NCBI RefSeq assembly: GCF_032191835.1
Contig: NC_083243.1
Coordinates: forward strand, 50,840,001-50,904,000
DNA: 64,000 nt
Source of the DNA: Heteronotia binoei
Lineage: Eukaryota
Direction: 5' to 3'
A model generated the notes under the pieces. The model was not told the origin of the DNA. It searched no databases and saw only the letters and a program-made list of their open reading frames with translations. A program made the translations under genes and the position numbers. Shown one piece after another: positions 26,201 to 41,600 of this stretch. The number at the start of each line of letters is the position of its first letter. The first letter of the stretch is position 1.

Positions 26201-29200
26201 AAGCAGAGATTCTTAAGGTTATTGGACCGTTACCAAATTTTGTAACGGTTGGCATGGAGCTCCCTAGAGATCCTGGAAATAAATTGTGGGACCAAAACTA
26301 ACTCCAGCAGTAAGATATGTAGTTACATTTCCAGTCTGAAAAGTAAGATAGTTGAGAGTTACCTTGTCCAGTGTGCCTCGAAGAAAGCTGAGTAATACAC
26401 AATGAAAGGGAGGAATACAGAAAAGGCCCAAAGTAGCAAAGTGGGGAAGAACTGGGTGACAATAGGGTTCTGTAAAAAAAAGGGAGAAAAGGAATAAGCG
26501 CAGGACTTCCTCTGGTGTCCCAGAAATCTCTTTCCATGCAGCCCCCTGGGGATGGGATTAAAAATATACAATTTCTTCTCTATGAGGATGGTCCGCTATA
26601 GAGAGAGCCACTCCTCACACCTGCCTGATCTCCCATTTAGAGGATTCTTGTCTTGAGAAATACTGCGTCAGTGATCAAGACTGAGGCCTGACTTGCATAT
26701 ACAGCTTGGTGGGAAAGAATAACTCAGCCTCACTATTTTGCATGCACCCAGCATCTTGCTAACACTTGGTCCCGAGCTGCTATGCATTCAGCGTTGATTC
26801 ACCAGAGATGTGTCACCTGGGAAAACATTGTGCTTAGCATGCTATAAGATTGTATGCATAGACCCAGTTTAAACAAGATGCTGGGTCCATGCAAGGCAAG
26901 TTCTTCAGACAGCTAGTGTAGTGTACTGGCTAGAGCGTTGGACTAGGTTCTGGGAGATGCAGGTTCAAATCCCCATTCTGCCATGCAAGCTTGCTGGGTG
27001 ATCTTGGCCAGTCACATATTTTCAGCCTAACCTACCTCACAGAGTTCTTGTGAGGAGAAAACGGAAAAGAGGAGAGCAATGGGAAGAAAGGTGTTATATA
27101 ATAAATGTTAAAAATTAAGCCTGAAGGGCAGTTGTGTGTTTGCCTCAACAACTGCTATCCGTATGTTGTTCCTTGTCCATATCAACAACCCATTCAGTAT
27201 ACATTTGCATGTCTAAGGCCAGTTTGATAGGTATGCCCACAGAGCATGCATTAGTCTTGGTTTTCCTGCTGTTCTGCAAACAAAGGCAGTAAACCTCCCT
27301 ATCAAGTCCAGGGCAGGGGTATAACTCCCGGTGCAGTGCATTGAGTGGCACTCTCCCTTCATTTGATGAACATGGAATGAGCAAGGCCAGAGAGGCCTAG
27401 AGTGGGATGTCACCCTCTTCACAGCCAAGCTTTGGTGCCAACCAGGCAGAACCCCACGGGAGGGGTTTGTGCACCTTGAGGCTCTCCACAGGCCGTGTAA
27501 CGTTGAACATGTCCATGGTGTTGACAATGATGGCGGGCGTGGTGAGGAAGAAGAGGAGGATGAAGAGGCAGATGTTGAGCAGGATAAATCGCACCCACCA
27601 CGATGCACCACAGACGGACAAGTTCTCCCTACGAGAAAAAAAGCACATGCAGGATGGGGTGTGCAGGGAAGGCATCAATGCCCTCTTCTACCAGGATAGT
27701 GAGAGATCCAACCTCATAATAATACCCTGCTCAGCTTGCAGGATTCAGAACTTGTATAATCTTTCACAAAATGTTGGCTCTAAATTCCACCTGGCAAAAA
27801 GGAGTATTGGCTGGATTTTTAAAGAGATAAAACAACATGTCATCCCTATCATCTGCAGAGCTCACTTCCACTGATTGAGGAGACTAAAAAGATGATGGGT
27901 GGAATCCAAACCTTTCAGCACATGAAAATGTTCCTACTCATGAACAAGTGACATACAAAGTTTTGTTTCTTCTATGGCAGACCCTGTGCCCCAAGTGGTA
28001 CTACTTCAAAGAGCATTTGGGCAGAGGGGAGGCAATTTTTAGGTAGCAGCCATTGTACCCGGAGAGCTGTGCCCACCAGTTTGCATCCTGGCCAATAAGT
28101 TAATGCATTTAAGAGCATGATATAGTTAGCGCGTACATCCTAATCTTCTCACAACTGAAGAAGGGAAAAATAAACATGCAAGAAAGTAATGCTTGGGTGT
28201 CCTAGGCTCTTGATATTTGTTTTGCTCTCCAAGCTTCTGGAATGCAGGAAATGAAACAGGCAGGATCTTGTAGAAGTTGATCCTTAACAGGGGGATTTGG
28301 AGCTGCTGTTCCTGATTCTGGTCAAAGTTGCAGTCGTAAGGTTGCCAGCAGGCATGCAGAAAAACTATTCTGCCTTTTTATCAAAGGCTTGATGCAGGGA
28401 AATGGGCAGCTGAAGCTTCTCAGAGCATGGAGGTCAATAACATCTCCTGATAAACAACATCCTATTAAGCTTCTATAAAAGGGCCAGGACATTTTTCTCC
28501 AGGCCAGTTGGCAACCCTATGCATTTCTTCCTTGTACATCTCTACAGGAAACAGCTTAGCTGACATCTGGCTTGCAGATGTCTATAAAAGCTCCAAGGTT
28601 GCTGGAGCCCCTTATGAGGAGGAAAGGTGGGGTATAAATATTTCAATAAATAAAATCAATAAGAATGCTGACAGCTAGAAGTGTTCACAGGAGAGCACTT
28701 CCTTCAAAATCAGATGATGAATATTTGCCATGAGGACATTCTGGAAGCCATTAAGGCCCTTTCAGAGGCTCCTGGTGTACCTTTACCAAAGAACTCATCC
28801 GCCTCCAGCAGAAGTGCTTTAACTGCAGTCAGCAGATGCAATGGCTGTTTTACTTAACTCTGCTGTGAAGAATGCTACAAAAGTTTTTATGGGTTCCCCT
28901 AAAATAGTACCTTGGGAAGCTGATCAGAATTATTTCTGCTCACAATATAGAGCTAGCATGTCTTTCTGGACTTAGTGCCCAAGATACATTTAATTTTATT
29001 TACCTCACTTGGTATCACCACCTGGGATTCAAAGAAGCAGATTTGCAATCCTCTACATACCTAGATGTTCAAAAGGGGAACGTAAGAGGCAGGAGAGGAG
29101 AATTCTTGGGCATTCTTGTCTGCCAGATGAATAAAGTCTGAGCTGAACTTTCAGGTAGATTTGGGCATTGCCAGAAGCACAAAGCCTTTTAGGATGATCC

Positions 29201-29644
29201 AAAAAGCTCTTAGCCCATGAGTCTCAGCCCGTGGCCTTGAGTGAACCAGCTCAGCGGAGCCAAGGCCAACCCAGCATCTGGTGGAAAAGGATGAACATTT
29301 ACCAGATGATGTCATTGGGGGCAGGGGCATATCTGACCCCCCAGCAATGGGACTTCACCACTGTGGTAACGGAGGACTGTTGCGGATGCTTGCGGCAGTA
29401 AGTACGACTGTAATCCTTCAAAATACTGAGAAAGAGAAGAGGCAGTGGTTATAAATGAAGGCTGCATTGTGCTCCCACACAGAATCACTGTGCAATTATT
29501 TTAAAAAAAATCAATTAAGCAAAACAAGACAGCTAACTAAAGCCTTATATTAAAAGAAAAGAAAAGATAGAGAACAACTCCCCAGTCTCTAGACACCTCT
29601 GCAAGGAGAAATTCTGGCTCCAAATAAAGGCCTGAGGGCAAACG

Positions 29645-29681
<37 letters not shown>

Positions 29682-32600
29682 CACTCTCTAACAAGAAAAT
29701 GCTCTTGGCATTTTAGTTATGATGTTTCATATCACAGCAGAAGGAGACACCTTCTCCCTTCAACATTTTAGGTGGGAAATCCTCCCAGCTCTAACAAGAC
29801 TCAGCCATGGCACCACATTAAAGAATCACAGAGTGTTCCCAACACCATTTTAGAACCCATTTAGTCCAATATTAGCACTGGAAGTAAAGCTGGGAGGGAT
29901 AAAGGTTCTTGGGAATAACGATATTGTAGATGGTCACTGACACTTATCACAGTCCACAGCAACAATTTTTATTTAATAACATAAGAGAACCCATGTTGGA
30001 TCAGGCCAGTGGCTCATCCAGTCCAACACTCTATGTCACACAGTGACCAAAATCCAGGTGCCATCAGAAGGTCCACCATCAAACTGTTTCATGAATTTGG
30101 GCTGGACAAGCACAAGCTGGCAAGGTATGTCTTCTACAGGCAGCAGGATGGAGGCAGGAGGAGTCTCAGAAAACACCCTGATGAAGGGTGGGAAGGAGCT
30201 TCCAATTCAAAGTGCTACTCCCAGGATTACAACCAACCAACATGCTTACAAAACTGGGAAGAGGAGGGCACTAGAATGCATCTTGAATGGCTTTTCCTCA
30301 TGTTCAGCTTTCCTAGCTATCCAATATGTGTTTTTTGGATATTTTCTAAGGTAATTTGTTTAGCTGCTCCAGCTCCAATGGAGATCCTTTGGATTCTATT
30401 TAATGAGATATATGTCTAGCCTCCTTGTTAAAAGACTGCAGACACAAAAGGGCCACAAGAACCATAACTTACAGGATTTTGCAAGGTTGGGATAGGCTCT
30501 TCTTGCCAACTGCTTAGATGTGTGTTCACAGTTGCAGTTACCAGAAAGCACAATCCTAGTAATGACAGATTTACTATGGACGCCACTTAAAATCATGAAC
30601 CACATTTTTAAAAAAAAGATTATACACAAAAAGGTTTTAACTACTGTATATAACTGTAACTAGTATGTGTATTTAAGGTGAACTCTTTTTTCCCCTTCAT
30701 GGCACACATGGGAAAAAACCAACAACACTAGCCTTCCAAACTGAGAAACAAACAACAGGAAATGTTTCTCAGCTGCTGAAAGAGGCCATGAAATGTAGGA
30801 ACTCATTCACTGGATCTTGGCCACCTGAGTTCAAGCCATACCTCTTGGTACAGACCAAATGGACAGCCCCATTCAGTGAGGGCAAGTGAAATAAAAATGG
30901 AAAACTCCTTGAAGTGGAAACAATTAGAAGTTGTGGGTGCTCACGTGGCAGTCATCCTTTTATCCTGGAATGTGACAAAAGCCATATCGAGGCGCTTGAG
31001 CATAATCCGACTGCGTTCAGCATTAAACTCGTCCGTCAACTTCTCCTCTAGCTCCCCATAGTACTGCTCAGCATCCACCTAACAGAATGAAAGGAAACAC
31101 AGAGAGCCTTGTATGAAACGGGTGCCTTTCTTTATTTCCCCAAAGGCTATACTCATTGGCTGTTTCCCTAGGCTCCATACTGCTTCTTTGGAAGTTGTTT
31201 CCAGCTCTACGATAAACTGATTTGTTCCATTGTATTAGAAGAAGAATTAAGCTTAAAGTCAGACTCCACAACAATACTGAATCAATAAAACGCTCATTGA
31301 CTGCCAAATTCTAACTCTGGAGGTGCAGAGGGGCAGAATCTGCCATCACAGGAGGTGTGAGCATACAAGTGAGAGAGACTGATTGTATCATTCTGGTATC
31401 TTCAGGCCAACATGACCTGAAAGAAAAAGAACAGCAATAACCATGCCAAGGAGAAGAGCCTCCAGTAAGAGTCGCCAGAGGACTGTCGCTATTGCAGCAA
31501 GGCCTCTAGATGGCGCTGGATGAAGCAGGTTACACAGATGGTGTAGGGAGGAGCAAGCGTCTTCAATTTTTTGTCACCTCAGAATTCACCTTAAGCTCCA
31601 GTCTAAAAAACAGAGCTCTTTTTCAATTCCCTCATTTCATCTCATTTCTTTTTTCTTCTTCCTTCCCCTTCACTTTCTTGAGGAGAAAAAAATCCTTAAA
31701 GAACAACAAAATCAAAATCATGGGCATGACAGTGGCATGGCCCATCTTAGACCAGGACTTTATGGAATTGTGAGTAGGGCTGGCACATGTCTAGTATTTC
31801 CCAAGCACTCCATGGGGGGCAGAATGGGAAAATAATGGGCATATACGTGCCCAGTATTTTTAGGGTTGAGAAGGAACTGGGCCTGGAACACAAAGCTGGT
31901 AGGCAGCGGTGACAAAATGCAGCAAATTCTGCCATCTGCCAGGGCCTGGGCTAGGCGCAGAAGCAGAGGAGAGGGGAGCTTTGCCTCCTTCCCCCTTAGG
32001 ACTTATTGAGGGGCTGGAAGCAACCAGCCACTCTCTTTTCTCCAGCATGCTGATGCTGTTGCTACTCCCCCCCCCCCCCACTGTGCACTGGGAAACATGC
32101 AAGATACTATGGATGCGCAGGGCTTTTTTTTAATAGCAGGAACTCCTTTGCATATTAGGCCGCACCTCCCCAATGTAGCCAATCATCCTGGAGCTTACAG
32201 TAGGCCCTGTACTAAAGCCCTGTAAGCTCTTGGAGGATTGGCTACATCAGGGGTGTGTGGCCTAATATGCAAAGGAGTTCCTGCTAAAAAAAAAGCCCTG
32301 GGTGTCTGTTTATTTTTTCACATGGTGTGTCATGATCCTAGGCCTTACAGGCTCCATGGAAGCCTGTGAAGGAGTAGTTACAGGGCGTACATCTCCCTTC
32401 TGCTCCTTTGATTGGTGAAAGCAGTTTTGGAGGGAAAACCTTCCCAGAGGGGTGGGATCTGGGAGAAAAGCATAAAAAGGTCCAGCTACAGACAGGGTTG
32501 TTCCCTCTGGAAAGGCTGCAGACAGAGAGAAGTAGTTTTCTCTGGAGAGGCTGCAATCTGGAGAGAAGGCAGCCAGAAGAGGGTGAGTCCATTTGAAATT

Positions 32601-35600
32601 AAGAAGGGAATGTCTAGTTACAATGCATAATGGCTTTTATTTCTTTATACCAACCTTTACTATTTTCTATATTCACTGTGCACCGAATGCTCTACTAGCT
32701 GCTTGTTGTTACAGAGAACTTCTTGTTGTTAAACAAGGACATCTTTGCAGAATATAATGCCCAAAAGCAATAGAATAAAGTTAGAGACCAGTGGTACCTT
32801 TAAGACCAACAAAGGTGTCATTGGACTCTAACATTATTCTATTGTTTCAGACTAACACCTGGATCAATCCCCAAAAGCAGTTCAACTGAAAGCATGGGTG
32901 GTGCTGTGGTTAGTGTCAGAATAGGATCTGAGTGACCCAGGTGCCAATGCCCACTCTGCTATGGAAGTTCACTGGGTGATCTTGGCCCAGGCATGACCTC
33001 TTAGTCTAAACTACCTTACTCAAGAAGCAACTGTATCTGGGCCTAACCAGAAGAAAGTCCCAGAAGTAAGTGCACATATGGGAGGAAGGTAGATAAATTT
33101 TTATCACGTTTTCCAGTATTTTTATTGAAACCATCTGACAACACTAATCATGGATCACAATTCATCAGTGGAAAGCTGGTTGTATAGTGGTTAAAGCGTG
33201 AATTGTGTGTCAGAATTAATCTAATTCTGAAGACCTCTCTTCATGAACCTACTTTGTACTCCATTGTTACAGGAATTTTGTTTTGTTTTTTGCTGTCAAG
33301 TCACAGTTGGTTTCTGGTGACCTCATAGGGCTGTCAAGGAAAGAGACATTCAGAGGTGGTTTGCCATTGCCTGCCTCTGTGTAGCGACCCTGGTATTCCT
33401 TGGTGGTCTCCTATTCAAATACCGGTGAGAGCCAAGCCTGCTTACCTTTTGAAATCTGATGAGATTTGGGTTAGCCTCAGCTATCCAGGTCAGGACTCAA
33501 AGGAACCTTACTCCTGGACAATCAAAATGGTTCCAAGCTGCTGCACAGACAGCCAAGTGGCTGTATTACAAGCACTGGAAGGATCAATATGCTATCCTCG
33601 ATCACAAGTAAACAAAAGACTGATTTTGTAGTATCTGAAGACCTATCATGGTATCTCTTGTTGTAACTGAATTCCCGGTGCTCAAAACACAACAACAAGA
33701 CAGCTGCCAACAACTAAACCTTCATCACTGACTCCTAACATGACATGCCTGTCAAAAACAGACTGTGGAGAACTACTCTCAAGACCAATTAAGAAATACC
33801 ATTCAAACCCCTTCTTTCTCCTGATTTATGCTCCCCCCCCCAAGGTTTGAACGGATAAAACTGTAAAACCTTTACAAGAACTCAAAAAGCATCCGTTGTG
33901 AACTGGGAGTCCAGAGCTGAAATTTTACTATTGGAAAGCCACTAAGTCCATTCATAAGGATCATCTTCCCCTTGTTCTAAAAGAGTGACATTTTAGCAGG
34001 CTGAAGGAGACTGTCTCTTGCACAGATTGTGTAGCTGGTAAATTAGCCAAGCAATGGAGTGAAGAGAAGACACAAATGTCCAATCCCAGTCAGTCAAGAA
34101 GAATCAGCATTCTGATTTTCTCCCTCCTACCTCTTCAAACCCACAGATACGGCAGCAGAAGATGCGGGAACAAGGGTGGATCTTGATCATGATTTTCCCT
34201 TCCTTTTGAGCTTTGGTAGTAAAGTACAATCTCCCTTTCATTGCCTTGCGCCTGTGAGAAACAGAATTTATTTATTATATTTATTTCTTGCTGAGACTGA
34301 AGGCAGATTCCAAAATATAATGTTCTTACAGGACATATAATAAAAATGGAGAAACTGGATTAAAAATTAGAAAACAACATGGGGGGGGGGCTCTGTAAAC
34401 CTTTGATGTCCCCCAAATTTGCTGAAAAATCAGTTAAGCATCTGTGTGATTTAGGTATTCATAGATGGTGATCACAGGCCACACACTGCTAATATTATAT
34501 AGATGTAGTCAAAATAAGATTATACAGACAATAAACAATGTAATAATAAACCATCCTATCCATTTTATAAAAGCACTGTCTTGACAGCATTTTACTATGG
34601 CCCTTTCCCCTTCATAAAAATGACCTCCTGAACAATTCTGTTTTACTTATTCTATGGCATGACAGAAGTGGGTGTCTTCTTAGGGAGCAAAATTAGAGAG
34701 GTCAGCCATTTCTTCATCACAAATAACTAGAAGGGCTAAAAGGTGCATGCTATGTACACATAATTATTGTTCCACTGCAGAAGTGTGGAAATTTGGATGT
34801 CATGAAGGATACAGTATCCCCAGAATTTATACTACTTTTAAAAGGAAGCTTTCTAGCCCTTATGGATATGAAAATTAGTGCTGGTTACCAGTACCTAGTG
34901 GAATCTCAAGAGGCAGGAGCAGAACTGGTGGGGTTCAGCACAGCTTTGCCTTTCCTGGACTATCTTCCTAACCTGAGCAGGAACAACTGATTATACCCAT
35001 CTCTTCCATGAATACATCCTGCTAATGTTCTTGAGCTCCAGAAAGCTAATGGCAATGCAAAAAGGACTCCATGCATACATGGCTCACATTGGCCAGACTA
35101 ATGTGTTATGGGTAGTTGTGTACAAGACTGGGGTTGATTTCACACTGCCTAAGTCTCTGGTATAGCAGCTGGTCAGTTATTGAACAGTAACGGGTTTCTG
35201 CTGGCATTTCAGGCAGACCCAATTCAGTAACTGGCTGCTACTGGAATACTGTTACCTTTTCACACAGTCCCGCAGCTGTCCCAGGAGTGAGGCGTGCCTG
35301 AGTCATTTTTGACTAAGAGCAGTTCCCTCCAGTTTTCAACCCCTCCTTCCAGGTTGAAATCGCTATGGGGCGATGTGTGAAATACCCTGTAGCGATTCCG
35401 GGAACACTGGGCATTTTCGTGACCTTTTTTGCTGTCTGGCGCATGATCTCCAGCTTTTTTTTTTTTTTGAAACGTCAGACTAATTTATTTTATTTATTTA
35501 TTTCTGTGAATTTATATTCTGTCCTTTCCCATAAGGGCTCAGGGTGGATTCCAACATGTCAAACAGTTAAAACCAACAATACATCAATAAATAAACAATA

Positions 35601-38600
35601 AAACAATTAAAACATATTAAAAGTTAAAACAGTTGAGCCAACAGCTCAGATTTAACTTAAGTTAAGGCAGGGTGGATAAGGTAGACACTTAAGTTCATGG
35701 CTTAAGTGTCCGAAGGATGTCAACTATATTGGCCCGCTTTCCTCCAGTCCAGATCAGTGTTCCCTCTAAACTTCAGAGTCTTGTGAGCAAAAATTCTACT
35801 TTGTGAGCTAATGGCATTAAACTTGTGAGCTGCTGGCATTAAAGTTGTGAGCTACTGCATAGATTAGTGCGCTCTGGAGTCATCCTGCCTGAGTTAAGAC
35901 AAAAATGTGTGAGCTGGGGGCTAAAAATCTGTGAGCTAGCTCACGCTAACTCAGCTTAGAGGGAACACTGGTCCAGATGGTAATCAGTATTGGGAGGCCA
36001 ATTAGATGGTATAGCAAAATAAAAATGCCCGCATACCTCCGAACAGGCCCTCCGAAATGGTAACAGATCCAGGAGGGCCCGGACCTCTGTAGGGAGCTGA
36101 TTTCACCAGGCAGGGGCCAAGGCCGAGAAAGCCCTGGCCCTGGTAAAGGCAAGGCAAACGTCCTTGGGCCAGGGATGGTTAGAAGATGTTGGGTGGCCGA
36201 ACGTAACAACCTCTGGGACTCATATGGGAAGAGGTGGTCCCTCAGGTATGCTGGTCCCAGGCTGTGCAAAGCTTTAAACGTCAGTACTAATACCTTGAAG
36301 CGGATCCGGTACTCAATTGGTAGCCAGTGCAGACTGCGCAGCAATGGATGACTGCTCGCCTGTACAGGTGATTCAGTCAGCAATCGTGCTGCCGCATTCT
36401 GCACCAGCTGGAGTTTCCGGGCCAACCTCAAGGGCAAGCCTGCATAGAGTGAGTTACAGTAGTCCAACCTGGAAGTGACCGTTGCATGGATCACTGTAGC
36501 TAAGTCCCGAGGAACCAGGAAGAGTGCTAGTTGTTTGGCCTGCCAGAGATGGTAAAAGGCAGATCATGCAACAGCTGTGACCTGGACCTCTACAGAAAGG
36601 GTGGCATCAAGTATCACTCCCAGACTCCTCACCTTCTGAGCTGGCGCAAGGGATGTGCCATCCAGGATGGGGAGCCGGATGCCCGATCCTAGCCCCTCGT
36701 GACCCATATACAGGACCTCCGTCTTAGTTGGATTAAGTTTCAGCTGGCTCAATTGCAACCAACCAGCCACTGCTTCCAATGCCCCGGTTAGATGGTTTGG
36801 GGTGGAGTCTGAGTGGCTGTCCATCAACTAAGAGTGTTATAGCACTATAACAACACATCAATAGCAACAGCACCAACATTGGGATACCTGGGCTCCATTG
36901 AGTTGTCTGATTTTCTGTTTTTGATATCTGTTTTTGATATGTTGATATGATATAATGCTTTTAGTTTGACATCCCCCCCCCCCAAAAAAGCTGGAGATTG
37001 TGCACGGGCTGGCAAAAAAGGATGCAAAAACAGTCAGCACTCCTGGAAGCGAAATAAAATTGGAACAGTGTGAAATGGCTTGCTTCAGACATGGAACCCT
37101 ACCAGAAAGAAAAATCATGTGTCTGAAACTCCCATCCCTGTCCCAGATTACTCCAGGGTGGTACAATACCGATTCCCTTCCAGTTTCTGTTGGTAAGTGT
37201 GAAAAAGGCCTGGATTAGATCTTCATTTCCTGTTGTCCTACTACAGTTCTATGAACATGAAATGTACCTAAGGTTTCCTCTGTTACCACTCTACAGTGCC
37301 TGGGATTCAAGTAAACAAGGCCAAATGGATAGCATTCAATAGGGAATAGTCCTAACATTATAAGTTCAGCATCTGAGATTCTGTATCAGGCAAAGAACTG
37401 CTGAGATTTGAAACAGAAAGGTCAGGAGCAAACTAAATTTTAAAAAATGTGCAGTGCATCTGAAGTAACAACTATGAGATGATAACCTTGCAAATGCTCC
37501 TTGCAACTGCCAAGGGATGATGTCCTGCAGAGAGGCACTAGCACTGCCCCTGCACACAGGAAACACTGTGAACACCATATTCCAAAGAGCTCACAACAAT
37601 GCTGTTACAAACCCACCTCTCCGAATCCAGCTTCATAAGTTTGCGTACATCCGAGCAGAACTGGACATCAGTCACTGTGCAGCTAGGATAAGCCTCACTG
37701 TAAGAAGAGACAATCAGGATTTGGGATTGATTTATAAACCCATTTGGAAGGGACACAACATTTCAGTGGCCCTGGTTCCAACAGAAAGCTACAGGAGGGA
37801 CAGTGCTATGTAAGTCAGCATATATGGGATATTCCCTCTGAAATGCTTTGCACCTGTGCCTTATTTATTTATTTAAATATTTTATGCCCATTTCCTCCGC
37901 TGTGGGGTTTCAAAGACACCTATAATGTTGACCTCCCGACCTCTTCATTATCTTCACAGGGTTGCTACTGTGAAGTTAGGCTGAGAGAGGTGTGCTTCCA
38001 CATATGCTAAATAATGCAGTTTCAATCCAATTCAGCAACTGTTTGCAAGTGGATGTTGTCATTTCACACAATAAAATCCAGTTGCAAAGTGCATTAAAAG
38101 CGGATTGAAAGTGCATTATTTAGTGGGTGTGAAAGCCCAATATCACCCATAAAACTTCCATGAGAGAGAGTGCAGGGATCTGAACCCATGACTCCCATAT
38201 CCTAGGCCAGTACTCTAGCTACTACACCACACTGGCCCTTACAGTGTACTGGTTAGTACTCAGGGTGCCAGACATTGAGCCGCCTAGGCGGGGAGGGCGG
38301 GATATAAATAAAATTTATTATTATTATATTATTATTAATTCTTTAACTATTTTAAAGCAAAATCTCTCATGTTAATACTTTGCATTTATGTAGTATACAT
38401 AACTATACTATATTCAATATTCAGAGCACTTCACATACACTATTTTGTTGCCATCCTTACAACACCTTGATAAAAGTAGGCCAGTTACTCATTGCGAGAC
38501 AATGATTTGTCCAAGGTCTCCTAGAGAATTCAAGGCAATGATTTGAACCAGGGAGCTCCAGACCACAGTTCACTGCTCACTTCTGTCAGACACTGGAACG

Positions 38601-41600
38601 CTCTCGTGATATGATATGATGCTGTGTGCAAACTGCAATGTATTGCTTGACTTGACTGACTCCATTTTCTAACATTTGTTACTAACCTCAAATAGAAACC
38701 TTGCATATCAAAGTAGAAGTGAAACTGTTACTAACTCTACTGTGAATTCCTCTCCTTGATACTAACAAAGGAAACAATCCTTTGAAGATAAAATGCCTCA
38801 GGGAAGCCAGCAGAGCTGTTCCTGTGAGAATGGGAACCACAACGAGATAAGGGAAAGCAAATGTGTGAAATGTATCACTCTAGTGTGGGAATGTAGTTTT
38901 GTTTAGAAAACCTTTGATGTGCATTTAGTTAAAACATCTAGGCTCTAGGAAAAGAGTATCAGTTCCAATGTATCTATGCTCAGAAACTATGGACTACAAA
39001 GCCTTAACATTGTAACAAATGGAAGTCTTCTTACTTTGAAGTTCCATTGTCTGACAACTTCTTCAGATACAACAGAAATTTTGTTCATTTTTAAGGTGCT
39101 ACTGGACTCTTACTCTTTTGTACAGTAGTCTGCTACAGACAGACTAACACAGTTACTCTGAGGACAGAGTTTAAGAGCTTTGGTGCCCAAATTGAGAAGG
39201 CTCTCTCCTGGGTTGCCATGTATATATTTTACAATTTAGACTCTAGTATTCCTTGTGCCATTAAAAATAACTTGTGACTGCGCCTTCAGTAATTGACTAG
39301 CAGCTGGACTAGACAAAGGAAGGAAACAAGGATTTGTTCAGAGTCAAAGAAAGCACCCCCCTGGCCCTGGGGAATGTACTTACTGGAAATGTTTGATGAC
39401 AAGGGATGGGTCCGTGATCTCTTTGGGAATCCCTGTTACCATCAGTGTCCGGGCCACCTGAGGCAGGAGAAAGAGAGACCACTTGACATGGAGGCACCTA
39501 AAAGCAGCAGTGCTTAGGCTGTGTTGCACACAGGCAGGACCTCTAGAATTCTTCACTAACAAATTCCAGTTCTGCAATCAGAAACCCAGCTGTCTGAGGA
39601 ACATAACTCTAGATTTGGAATAAATGATGGACTATCACCTTTTTTGGGTGCCCATAGAATTGGACCCTCTGGTCCAATCTTTTTGAAACTTGGGGTTCTT
39701 TTGCAGAGAGGTTCCAGCAGCTACACTGCAAATTTGGTACCTCTATCTCAACTAGGCCACTGAACAAACCCCAGGATAAATTTTCCATTGAGTTTAATGC
39801 TCCTAATAGGGTATAATGGACCCCCCAAAAAATTGGGATTCCCGAATATTACCGAATCTGAACACCATACAGTATTGGGATTTGGGAATACTGAAAAATA
39901 CCAATATTTTTCAGGTCCAGTATATCCAAATCTTGGGGGGGGGGACCCAATTTTGTTCTTTACACACCCCTAGTGGTTACTGGGACCCAATTCTGGATTC
40001 CCTAACAAAGAATTCTTAGCAGATTTGGATGGTTTAAAATTCATTTCCCACTTCTAAAAACTATCTAAGAGAAATCTACTTATCCTGTTTAGCTGTTTCA
40101 CAATTTAATGTATGAGTTGCTCATCTTTGATGCTTTTATTGTGTGAAAATGCTTATCTGATTGATCATCAGAGCAACTCAGTGAAGTCTTTCTATTGAAT
40201 GGATCAAGAACTAAGGCTGAGGATGCCTTTATCAATTTGTTCCTGCTTCCTGTATCAGGACTGGAGAGGGAGCTTCACTAAATTCTCCCATGATGAGAAA
40301 TTCAAGCTTATTCATATCTGTGTGGATGGAGCTGGGAGCTGGGCAAGTTCCCTACTTGGCCATCACATGGAAACAAGCACTGAGGAAAGCATCAGGATAC
40401 TGTTAAAGATCTGAAGCTGCCTTCTGAGATTGTGACTTTTCTAGGGTTGCCAATTATGTCTACAGATAAGCTGGGATTTCAACCCACTTCTCCCAGAGCA
40501 AAGCTGGGATTTCAACCCACTTATCCCAGAGCAAAACCCAACATTCTAATTACTGGACGACACTCAGCTCAAACGTGTGGTACTTAGTTTGGCTACTAAC
40601 AGCAATTAAAACTGATATTTGAAACAGCAGGAAGGGAGTGAGGCTGCCATCCTACCTTCTCATTCTCCTTGTAGTCAAGCTGGATGGAGTGATGAGCCAT
40701 GCAGAGGATAGTTATAATAAAATAGAGGAGGGCAAAGATACTGTGCAGCCACAAGAGCCGGTCACTGCAAGAGACAAAGGAAAGAGATTTGTCATCCAGG
40801 AAAGCTAGGGATCTTGTCTGCAATATAAGGAAACATTAATCATTTCCCAGTATATTCTGAGTATCATAGTTCTGTGGTAGAAGATCTAATACAGAAGAAC
40901 CCTGAATGCATGTATGCTGCTTAACCACCATGAAAAAACTAACCAGGGCTCATACAGACCAGGCATTCAAGTAAAACATTCAGTTCAGTGGTTTCCTGAG
41001 TTTAACTCTACACTGTAAGATAATCACACAATGGCTTTTGTGAATGGACATGAAGGAGGAATGTGGTCCATACAGTGTCCTGCAATTAAACAAAAAAAAA
41101 ATGTAGAAAAAAAGCATAGTGCAGATAACTGGCCTTGAAACTGTTTACACTTACCCACAGCAGCTCCCCTAAGAATTCCCACAGTAAGAAATGCTGATGT
41201 TTCAATATTCTTCTTTCCCTCTATCCTCCCCCCCTGCCCCTTTGGGGGCTTAGAAGGAGAAACGAATCCTTTTATTATTTACCACTGAGACTTGGACCTA
41301 CTTGCATAGCAAACGTGAACATACACAAACAGATTGTAGTGGTAACAAGGTATCTTTCTGAGTGAACCTGGAAATGCTAACAATGTTCTCTATGTATTCA
41401 AATTTGCCTTATTCACCCATAGGAATTATTACAAGCTACAAAGGTGGCAGATCAGAGGGTTGGAAATACATACTCTTTTGGAACATTGGCAATTGTGGTT
41501 CGGCCAAAATTAGCCGGCTGCTTCCCTGAAAGATAGAGATGAGAAAAATCAGACATGTGTAAGAACACTTTCATCGAACATTTATATATTTATTTATTTA

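Noticed and set aside
40468-40534. CRISPR-like direct repeats
   Set aside because: Two abutting copies with no spacers, in vertebrate intron DNA.
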